Shown one piece after another: positions 48,947 through 56,149 of a stretch of 64,000 nt of DNA. The DNA is from a virus (Duplodnaviria > Heunggongvirae > Uroviricota > Caudoviricetes). Numbering within the stretch: position 1 is the stretch's first letter; every line of letters starts with the position of its first letter. The position numbers and the translations under genes are program-made. The notes beneath the pieces are model-generated. The model ran no database searches and was not told the DNA's origin. It saw only the letters and a program-made list of their open reading frames with translations. The stretch lies in IMG/VR virus record IMGVR_UViG_3300044712_000568, positions 166,155 to 230,154 of that record; one strand, given 5' to 3'.

Positions 48947-49022
48947 GAATCCGTAGCTCAATTGGCAGAGCATCGCCCTTTTAAGGCGAGGGTTGTGGGA
49001 TCATACCCCACCGGGTTCACCA
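48947..49022 (+). tRNA. tRNA-Lys (anticodon UUU)
   Basis: acceptor gaatccg/cgggttc (one G:U), D arm gctc-aattggca-gagc, anticodon arm tcgcc-cttttaa-ggcga, T arm gtggg-atcatac-cccac (unusual T-loop), CCA encoded. Confidence 0.65.
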
Positions 49023-49026
49023 GTTT

Positions 49027-49143
49027 GTGCCCATAGCTCAACGGTTAGAGCATCAGCCTTTATCGTTTCTTATGTTGTAGGTGGAACATAAGAAACTTGC
49101 AGTAAGCTGAGGGTTCCGGGTTCGAATCCCGGTGGGCACACCA
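49027..49143 (+). tRNA. tRNA gene interrupted by a 41-nt insertion in the anticodon loop (intron-like or pseudogene)
   Basis: perfect acceptor gtgccca/tgggcac, D arm gctc-aacggtta-gagc, anticodon stem tcagc...gctga separated by 48 nt instead of 7, T arm ccggg-ttcgaat-cccgg, CCA encoded. Confidence 0.55.
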
Positions 49144-49255
49144 ATCAATTTCCTTTCGGCGTATACCTAACAATTAGTCGGACAAGAGCCGATGAAAGCT
49201 ACCTTGAGTGTTAGGTCAAGGAATCTAAGTAGCGAACGCCATCAATTGAAATCTC

Positions 49256-49286
49256 AGCCTCTCTTGTAGAGGCTTTTCTTTTGGAG
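49256..49286 (+). promoter_or_regulatory. hairpin-T-run-SD cassette copy a (agcctct-cttgt-agaggct tttcttttggag)
   Basis: one of three near-identical cassettes. Confidence 0.5.
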
Positions 49287-49291
49287 TATAT

Positions 49292-49408
49292 GTGGGACAT
49301 TCATTTACTCGTAAACTTCGTTGTATTCCTTGGCCCATTTGTATTCATTGCGGCCCGATTCGACTGAACAATGAAGCAACAAAGAAATCTAAATGTGATC
49401 GAGAGTAA
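49292..49408 (+). CDS. 38-aa zinc-ribbon-like peptide (paralog 1), not in track
   Basis: GTG 5 nt after ggag; VGHSFTRKLRCIPWPICIHCGPIRLNNEATKKSKCDRE. Confidence 0.4.
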   Translation: MGHSFTRKLRCIPWPICIHCGPIRLNNEATKKSKCDRE

Positions 49409-49411
49409 CAA

Positions 49412-49570
49412 ATGGAACCCACAGAAGAGCAGATCTTAGAAGCTGCTAAAACCAAACACGGTATCATTAACACAGATGAACAATCTTTGTTAGCTCTTAT
49501 TCGATATGCTAGACATATTGGATATAATGAAGGTTGGGAAGATCATAAAAACGCTACTAAAGAAAAGTGA
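49412..49570 (+). CDS. small protein (52 aa), not in track
   Basis: ATG 4 nt after previous stop. Confidence 0.35.
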   Translation: MEPTEEQILEAAKTKHGIINTDEQSLLALIRYARHIGYNEGWEDHKNATKEK

Positions 49571-49694
49571 GACTCATATGGCTGGGAAATATAAACTTGG
49601 TTGAAAAAATTACGCCGAAAGGATTCTGTCCTTCAAGCTGTTAATTTCTTTAGACTCACTCCAAGGTTTTTACGTTTCATGCGTTAACTTCAGT

Positions 49695-49725
49695 AGCCTC
49701 TCTCGCAGAGGCTTTTCTTTTGGAG
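49695..49725 (+). promoter_or_regulatory. hairpin-T-run-SD cassette copy b (agcctct-ctcgc-agaggct tttcttttggag)
   Basis: read directly. Confidence 0.5.
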
Positions 49726-49733
49726 AGTTTATT

Positions 49734-50006
49734 ATGTTTAATAGCAATCTTTGGAAAAATCTAGAAGAATATATAAGTGGTCTTAGAAAAGAAGCAGACG
49801 CTGCTTGTGTCTGTAAATTTTGTGGAAACAAAAAGAAGAAACAAGAATATAGACCGGATAATAACTATCGCTGTCATGGGTGCGCTGCTCCTTGGCCTAC
49901 TCTATTCAAAAACTATTTCTGGGTAGAGAGGCACAAAGGTTTATATGATGACCTTGATCCTTCTTATTTGAAACGATCTCATACCAATTCTTCAGGATCT
50001 CGATAA
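49734..50006 (+). CDS. hypothetical Cys-rich protein
   Basis: 90 aa; CVCKFCGN...CHGC. Confidence 0.5.
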   Translation: MFNSNLWKNLEEYISGLRKEADAACVCKFCGNKKKKQEYRPDNNYRCHGCAAPWPTLFKNYFWVERHKGLYDDLDPSYLKRSHTNSSGSR

Positions 50007-50122
50007 TGGGACACTCGTTTACTCGTAAGCTTCGTTGTATTCCTTGGCCTATTTGTATCCATTGCGGATTAATACGATTAAATAACGAGGCAACTAGAAA
50101 GTCTAAGTGTGAACGTGAATGA
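50006..50122 (+). CDS. 38-aa zinc-ribbon-like peptide (paralog 2), not in track
   Basis: TAATG coupling; MGHSFTRKLRCIPWPICIHCGLIRLNNEATRKSKCERE. Confidence 0.45.
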   Translation: MGHSFTRKLRCIPWPICIHCGLIRLNNEATRKSKCERE

Positions 50123-50976
50123 GCTTCAATCCACATGATAACATACTTAATAACAATATTAATGCTCTTCAAGAAGACCCAGACTCTGCTTTTAATCGGC
50201 TTGCCCTAGGTGATTTTCAATCTGAGTTTAATATCCTTTTAAAGGAATCTGGTATGTCTTTCGATTCCGTTTCACCTGGATACTCATTTCCAGTCGAAAA
50301 AGAAAAAAAATCTACTTATTATTCCATTGAATCGACAGATAATCTGTATGTTTTAAAATATTCTCAAAAAGAACTTGAAAATTTAGGTGATCGGTTTATT
50401 ATAGTTCAACCGAATCAAACAATTCACAATCTTAACTGGAGAATTATTTCAAGTGATTGGCGATCTGGTGTTTTTCATATATTAGATGAAGTTTTAATTA
50501 AAGAAACTTTAGAAATATATAAAAAACAACTTGATAACTCTCCAAAAGAACGAATTGACGATATACATTTAAAAACTTTTTCCGATCCTCTCACAGGATA
50601 CCCAACCGATATTTTATATTTCATTCAAGACTATCTCAACGATCTTGGACTTAGAGCAACCAAAGATAGTAAAATTGCGTTAAAAATAATCAAACCGAAA
50701 GCAAAAGAACAAAAACTCTTACAGAGTGACCTTAACAACACTCTTTCGCTTATGATTAATCATCATATGCAATCGGTTTTGGGTCTTCATGGATCCTTTA
50801 AAATTCACAGTAAGAACTTAGTAGCTACGCTTAAATTTTTCAAGGCGGCTGCTCCTAATGTTACCTATGACGAATTATTAAGTAACACTCCGTATATTAC
50901 AGACCTAAAAGGAATTAAAGAAATCTGGAATAACCCAGATTCGTTCAAACCAAAATCTTCGAAGGAGAAGAAATAA
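50119..50976 (+). CDS. hypothetical protein
   Basis: 285 aa, ATGA coupling. Confidence 0.5.
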   Translation: MSFNPHDNILNNNINALQEDPDSAFNRLALGDFQSEFNILLKESGMSFDSVSPGYSFPVEKEKKSTYYSIESTDNLYVLKYSQKELENLGDRFIIVQPNQTIHNLNWRIISSDWRSGVFHILDEVLIKETLEIYKKQLDNSPKERIDDIHLKTFSDPLTGYPTDILYFIQDYLNDLGLRATKDSKIALKIIKPKAKEQKLLQSDLNNTLSLMINHHMQSVLGLHGSFKIHSKNLVATLKFFKAAAPNVTYDELLSNTPYITDLKGIKEIWNNPDSFKPKSSKEKK

Positions 50977-51593
50977 TGGGCAAGACTGAAGTCGCTACCC
51001 CGCGTAAGTTGTCGGAAGTTGTCAAAACGGACACTTCTGTTAATCTCGACAGCGTTGTCGCTTACTTTATTAGTAAGTATGAGAACGGCCTTCTCGAACA
51101 GAAGAAGATTCTGTCTGATCGAATTCGTGAAATCAATACTACTACCTTTAAGACACTTTCAGATGAAGTTGAAGCTGAAGTTAAACCGGCTTCTTATTCA
51201 TTTGTAAATAAGAAACTGGGACTTACGGTAAAAGCCTCTCTTCTTATGGATGTCACTAGACTTATTCACCACAAGACTGTTCTCATCAATTTTGAATCTT
51301 CTTGTAAAACCAATGAAGTGTCTATTCATGGCCAAAAGAAGATCACTATTTCTGCTGAGCTAGTTCAGAAATTTGTTGATGCTTCTAAAGAACTTTCGGA
51401 TCTTAGAACTGAACTGGAACAGACTCTTGTTAATCTGGGGAATGTTTCTCGTAAGGAACGAGAGGTTCGTGGTCAGCTTGCAGAGAGGACTCTCAGGGAT
51501 GCTGGAGTCGGTGAACTCTTTGACGATGAGGCTCTTCTCAAAATCGTCACGGTTCCCTCATTGGCGATGAAGGATGTTACTCCCTCTGAGTAA
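50976..51593 (+). CDS. hypothetical protein
   Basis: 205 aa, ATGA coupling. Confidence 0.5.
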   Translation: MGKTEVATPRKLSEVVKTDTSVNLDSVVAYFISKYENGLLEQKKILSDRIREINTTTFKTLSDEVEAEVKPASYSFVNKKLGLTVKASLLMDVTRLIHHKTVLINFESSCKTNEVSIHGQKKITISAELVQKFVDASKELSDLRTELEQTLVNLGNVSRKEREVRGQLAERTLRDAGVGELFDDEALLKIVTVPSLAMKDVTPSE

Positions 51594-51654
51594 CTTTATT
51601 TGTTTTGGGAATGGGCTTTCGAGCCTATTCTCAAGATAAAGGAGAAACACAATT

Positions 51655-51951
51655 ATGTCTGGACAATATAAACTCGATTGGGAATACTGTGAGTGCGGTT
51701 GTAGAGGTTCCGTATGTATGGAACTCTGGATGACCACCGATAATAGAACTTTTTGGGTTCTTCAGGAGGGCCACGGTATTCTTGGAAGATCCTTGGGTAG
51801 ATTTGGATCCATCAATGAAATGGAAGACAGAGCTATTGACTATCTTCGCAAAGATATCGCAAAGAAACGAGCTGTTTTACAGAGAGAAGAAAAGATTCTG
51901 GATGATGCTGTAAGAGAACAAGAAACACATTTTCATAGGAGTGAGGTATGA
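51655..51951 (+). CDS. hypothetical protein
   Basis: 98 aa. Confidence 0.45.
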   Translation: MSGQYKLDWEYCECGCRGSVCMELWMTTDNRTFWVLQEGHGILGRSLGRFGSINEMEDRAIDYLRKDIAKKRAVLQREEKILDDAVREQETHFHRSEV

Positions 51952-52054
51952 CTTCTTTAACTTGGCCTGAAGCTTTTGCTATTGTAGGTGGAGCATTCGC
52001 TTTTGCTTGGCTTGGTCGATCTTTCTTCCGGTCTTTAACTGGAGATAAAGCGTA

Positions 52055-52498
52055 ATGAAGTTGATTAATAAGATTACACATAGACTGTATGATCTAATCG
52101 TAACTTGTTCTTTTTTAAGTTATGATGAACGACATTGGCTTCTTTCTTTTTTTAAAATTGCAAAGATTCCTAAGAAAGATGTTAAAAAGTTGTTAGTATC
52201 TTTGTCTGCTATGGAAGCAGATGAACTTTTTAATTTGCTTTCTGAAGAAAGAACCGCCTTCTTTAAACTTCGAAAAGAATGTTTAGAAGATCTTACAAAA
52301 GCTGAAAAACTTTTGGATTTGAATACTTATACTTCAATTTATTTCGCTAGAAAACAATACGCAGACATGTTTAATCGACTTAGATCGAATGCTCGTGATA
52401 TGGAATCTTTTATTCTTTTAGAGAGACCTAAACTGGTTAACTTTGTAATAAAGAGTAACGAAGCATTCAATGCTAACTTCGAAGTAATTTACGATTAA
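52055..52498 (+). CDS. hypothetical protein
   Basis: 147 aa. Confidence 0.45.
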   Translation: MKLINKITHRLYDLIVTCSFLSYDERHWLLSFFKIAKIPKKDVKKLLVSLSAMEADELFNLLSEERTAFFKLRKECLEDLTKAEKLLDLNTYTSIYFARKQYADMFNRLRSNARDMESFILLERPKLVNFVIKSNEAFNANFEVIYD

Positions 52499-52561
52499 TG
52501 GATGTCTTTTTAAATCAAGAGCAGGAACTCTGTTCCTGTTTTTTCTTAAGGAGACAACACT

Positions 52562-52762
52562 ATGTCTATGCAAACTCTTACCGTTGGTGAGTTGGAAGAA
52601 ATTCTATCTAAGATTACAGACAAATCTCTTCCTGTGGTTATGGCGGAAGGTCATGACCATTGGGGAACTGTTTACAATGCAATCGAATTTGTTCATACCC
52701 AACAGGCTGCTATTATGGGGCCTAAAACTGGCACTCTCCATACTGCGGTGATCCTATCATGA
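52562..52762 (+). CDS. hypothetical protein
   Basis: 66 aa. Confidence 0.4.
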   Translation: MSMQTLTVGELEEILSKITDKSLPVVMAEGHDHWGTVYNAIEFVHTQQAAIMGPKTGTLHTAVILS

Positions 52763-53148
52763 AACTCAAATCGTTAGCCCTTGCCCTATTGCTGGCGCTT
52801 CCCGGGCTCTCTCAAGAGACAGCTAAGTGGACCAAAACAGAAATTACTCTTGAGATCACTTATCAGACTCTTCTACTTATAGATTGGCGACAGACTTCCA
52901 ATTTCCATAAGTATCGTAAAGTAGATGCCGATGGAACAGAGCATACTGTCAGCGAGAGAAACTGGTTGCTAGGATCTCATCCTAAGCAGTCAGCAATCAA
53001 TATTGCGTGCCTTCTTTCTGCCGTGGGACATTTTGCCATGTCTCAAATTATGGGGCACGATAGAAAATATTGGCAATATGCTACAGTTGCTGTAGAATTG
53101 TTTGCAGTAGGAAATAATTACAATGTTGGAGTTAGGATTACATGGTAG
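52759..53148 (+). CDS. secreted/lipoprotein-like hypothetical protein
   Basis: signal-peptide-like MKLKSLALALLLALPGLSQ. Confidence 0.45.
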   Translation: MKLKSLALALLLALPGLSQETAKWTKTEITLEITYQTLLLIDWRQTSNFHKYRKVDADGTEHTVSERNWLLGSHPKQSAINIACLLSAVGHFAMSQIMGHDRKYWQYATVAVELFAVGNNYNVGVRITW

Positions 53149-53299
53149 ATTTGCGTAGTCCTGAAGAAAGGACTTGTATGCATCATCAGGTCATGGCAGA
53201 ATTGATTGGAGATACCATTTCGCCAGACCCTTCTTGTAAGAACTGCACTTTCATTGCCGGGATAGATTTAGATCCCAGAAAGTTGTCTTCCAGTTTTGA

Positions 53300-53560
53300 T
53301 TAAGCGTGTTTGTGAATTTCCATATCCCTAAGATGAGCTTCTGCTTCTTCTTTAGTTTTATGTGAAGATAGAATCTCTTTAGTTTCATGTGAAATAATTA
53401 CCCAAGGCGCAGCTTCTCCCTTAGAGTTTTTATGCCCTGGGCGATGTTCAACAAATTCGATTAATCTTACGAATTGTTTTATTTCTAATTTCTGTCTCAT
53501 GCATTTAATTCTGGAGAATATGTGGCCAAATTTGAATCCTCTATTCCACTTAAACGACAC
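53300..53560 (-). CDS. hypothetical protein (weak HicB-antitoxin-like pattern)
   Basis: 86 aa, lone minus-strand gene. Confidence 0.35.
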   Translation of the reverse strand: MSFKWNRGFKFGHIFSRIKCMRQKLEIKQFVRLIEFVEHRPGHKNSKGEAAPWVIISHETKEILSSHKTKEEAEAHLRDMEIHKHA

Positions 53561-53728
53561 GACAAAATCATTTTAACAATTGTAATTATTGCGTTCATGA
53601 TTCAGATGTTTGTTACTCTGGGATTTGGAATTACGGAAGGTCGCATAGTTTCTCCCATTGTCTGCTTCATTGTTATTGCTTTAGTTACTAGATCTCTGGT
53701 AAAAATGTGGATTTCGTATGAAAATTAA
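53522..53728 (+). CDS. small membrane protein
   Basis: 68 aa hydrophobic. Confidence 0.35.
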   Translation: MAKFESSIPLKRHDKIILTIVIIAFMIQMFVTLGFGITEGRIVSPIVCFIVIALVTRSLVKMWISYEN

Positions 53729-53906
53729 TGCTAAGCTGGCATTTAATTGTTGGGCAAGCCTTTCTGCTGGAAACATTCTAGCGTATTGGTTGAGATGGGC
53801 AACAGAATCACAAATGATTGAGCGTATTATTTTTCAGGGAATTGCTATTATTATTCTTGCTCATTCTTCTTTAATTAATACTCAGGAGAATAGTGATGAA
53901 GCCTGA
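53718..53906 (+). CDS. small membrane protein
   Basis: 62 aa hydrophobic. Confidence 0.35.
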   Translation: MKINAKLAFNCWASLSAGNILAYWLRWATESQMIERIIFQGIAIIILAHSSLINTQENSDEA

Positions 53907-54160
53907 ACCAGGTATTGGCATATTGTCCAGCAACCGAAATATGGCTGGGGCCCAGTTACACCTGAAAGCATTGGTGAAATTTTTCATATCAGCGGTGATC
54001 GAGCTATTATAAATTTTCCGGAACATAGTCATTGGAATGGATTACTAAGTGAACTGGAAGTGGTTTCTCGTGAATCTGATTCGGATTTACTAGATCTTTC
54101 CGATGTTTCTAACATTTAAGCATTAAGATTTACAAATACCAGACGATATTATTCATCTAT

Positions 54161-54234
54161 TGGGGCGTAGGCTAGCGGTAAACCCGGAGACTTTGACTCT
54201 CCTTTCCCAAGTTCGAATCTTGGCGCCCCATCCA
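54161..54234 (+). tRNA. tRNA-Gln (anticodon UUG)
   Basis: perfect acceptor tggggcg/cgcccca, anticodon arm ggaga-ctttgac-tctcc, T arm ccaag-ttcgaat-cttgg, CCA encoded; D stem has one mismatch. Confidence 0.65.
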
Positions 54235-54257
54235 TTTTCTTTGTCCTAGGAGGACTT

Positions 54258-54797
54258 ATGTCAGAACAGATTTCTCTCGGTCAGCTCTTTCTTCTTCGCC
54301 GGAATGTGAAGAATGAAATCGGTGAGCTTGAACATCAGCTTACTCCTCTCGGTTTTCATCGAGAAGATCAGGAAGCTCCTGTGGAAAGCTACAATGAAGT
54401 GTTTTCTACCCTTGAACAGAAGCGTGACTATCTGCTCAAGATCGACACCCTCATCAATGAGGCTAACAGTCTTTCTCGGACTGTTGAGTTTAATGGTGAG
54501 CGATATTCTTTGAATATGGCTCGTCATATCAAGACTCATCTTGCTGGTGCTCAGGGTTCCATCGAGAATCAGATTCGCCACCTGGAGATTTATGTCAAGC
54601 GTCAGGAACAGGAAATGTTCTTTGATACTTCTCTTACTCCTCCTGCAATGCGTCCGAAGAAGTTTGGCTACAAGATTTTAGCCGATCTTCCTCGACTCAA
54701 GGCTGACTCACTGAAGCTCAAGAAGGATGTCAGACTTCTGGATAGCTTGATCCAGAAGGCCGATTGGACTATTATGGTGGATGCTCCTCAGGAGTAA
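54258..54797 (+). CDS. hypothetical helical protein
   Basis: 179 aa; ctaggaggacttATG. Confidence 0.5.
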   Translation: MSEQISLGQLFLLRRNVKNEIGELEHQLTPLGFHREDQEAPVESYNEVFSTLEQKRDYLLKIDTLINEANSLSRTVEFNGERYSLNMARHIKTHLAGAQGSIENQIRHLEIYVKRQEQEMFFDTSLTPPAMRPKKFGYKILADLPRLKADSLKLKKDVRLLDSLIQKADWTIMVDAPQE

Positions 54798-55135
54798 TTG
54801 CCATAGTAGTTTAGTCAATGCTAATAGGGATTTAAACAAGCCGCCCACTCTTTGCGTTATAAGAGACACAATCCTGGACTAGCCTATTAAGCTAATTTGC
54901 CTCGGTCTGTAGTGGGAAGGCCAAAACATATGCGCGTAATGCTCATTGCTTTGTCTCACTATTGCCCAATGCTCCGTTGCTTAATGTTGATTGCCTATTG
55001 CGAGATTGTATCGGCTCTTTTGAAGCCACCTTCATCCCTTTAGCATCTGACCCTGAGAGGTTTGTTCTCTAGCCGGGAACAATCAAATGGTTGGCCTAAT
55101 CCAGCCTCTCACAATTTCTTAATTAAATACATTAC

Positions 55136-55212
55136 GGTCCCATCGTCTAGCGGCCAAGGACACCTCCCTTTCACGGAGAAGATCGCGGGTTCAAATCCCG
55201 CTGGGACTACCA
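55136..55212 (+). tRNA. tRNA-Glu (anticodon UUC)
   Basis: close to E. coli tRNA-Glu (GTCCC..TCGTCTAG.GGCC.AGGACACC.CCCTTTCACGG); T arm gcggg-ttcaaat-cccgc; CCA encoded. Confidence 0.75.
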
Positions 55213-55221
55213 ACATCTTTC

Positions 55222-55259
55222 AGGGCATCTATCAGGTGCCCTTTTTTCTTTTTTCTTTT
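55222..55259 (+). terminator. rho-independent terminator (agggca / tgccct + tttttctttttt)
   Basis: directly after tRNA-Glu. Confidence 0.55.
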
Positions 55260-55411
55260 GGAGATCGTTTCTCTTCCTCAGCCTCCTAAGAGTAAAGATA
55301 AGGTGGATATTGGTTACACCAAAAAAACCAACTAATCGGTTACCTTCAGGGAATTGTAAAAGAACTTCTTGAGCCTTAAGATTAGTTTCAGTCTGACGAT
55401 ACTCAGTTTAT

Positions 55412-55497
55412 GCGGGTGTTGCTGAATTGGTATAAGCAGAAGACTCAAAATCTTCCGTCCCTAGGAATTGTGGGTTCGAGTCCCACCACCCGCACCA
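55412..55497 (+). tRNA. tRNA-Leu (anticodon CAA), type II
   Basis: perfect acceptor gcgggtg/cacccgc, anticodon arm gaaga-ctcaaaa-tcttc, long variable arm, T arm gtggg-ttcgagt-cccac, CCA encoded. Confidence 0.7.
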
Positions 55498-55592
55498 TTA
55501 TCTTTTCTTATTCTTTCCTGCGTGTGTCTCAGTTTGAGCATGGCAATTAGGACAGATAATTCTGAGATTAGATAAAGTATTATCAGATACCT

Positions 55593-55628
55593 AGCCTCTC
55601 CCTAAAAAGAGAGGCTTTTCTTTTGGAG
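55593..55628 (+). promoter_or_regulatory. hairpin-T-run-SD cassette copy c (agcctctc-cctaaaaa-gagaggct tttcttttggag)
   Basis: read directly. Confidence 0.5.
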
Positions 55629-55633
55629 TGAGA

Positions 55634-55858
55634 ATGATTGTCAGAACAAAAGAGGAATCTTATCTAGAAGTTAGTTGGTGGGATTCTTGGAAAGAAATGT
55701 TGTTTGCTCTGGAATTAAGAACACAGAAAACACAAGTCGGTAGAGTCTGGACATTTGGACTCACTGTTTTGTATAGAGTTCTTTTCTTCATCGAATATAC
55801 TCGGTTCAATGAAAAAAGCCGGGCCGAACGAAAGAATAGATTAACCGAGTCTTCGTAA
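55634..55858 (+). CDS. hypothetical protein
   Basis: first ATG 5 nt after cassette ggag (track starts 6 nt earlier at GTG). Confidence 0.45.
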   Translation: MIVRTKEESYLEVSWWDSWKEMLFALELRTQKTQVGRVWTFGLTVLYRVLFFIEYTRFNEKSRAERKNRLTESS

Positions 55859-55882
55859 GAGTTATACTATTTTATCCTTCTT

Positions 55883-56149
55883 TTGGTGATTTATCAATTT
55901 TTCTTCGGAGAGTTTATGGATCTCAAAGAACGATCAGAATTTTGGTCTAAAGTTAGTGAGTTAGTTCCTCCCGAAGAAAAACAAATCAAAAGTTTGATCG
56001 AGCAGTTGCAGAAACACAATGCAGATCCTGTGAAGGCTCAATCGAGTTTTCTAAGGTTTTTTGACTTCATTGCAAATGAAGCCACTCCCAATAAACAATG
56101 GTCAGAAAAGATTTGGAATCTTTTTGACCGTCTCAACGAAGGTGAATAG
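55883..56149 (+). CDS. hypothetical protein
   Basis: 88 aa, ATGA coupling to next gene. Confidence 0.45.
   Translation: MVIYQFFFGEFMDLKERSEFWSKVSELVPPEEKQIKSLIEQLQKHNADPVKAQSSFLRFFDFIANEATPNKQWSEKIWNLFDRLNEGE

Noticed and set aside
55062-55289. 75-aa ORF overlapping tRNA-Glu
   Set aside because: It spans a near-canonical tRNA-Glu and its terminator, so it is spurious.
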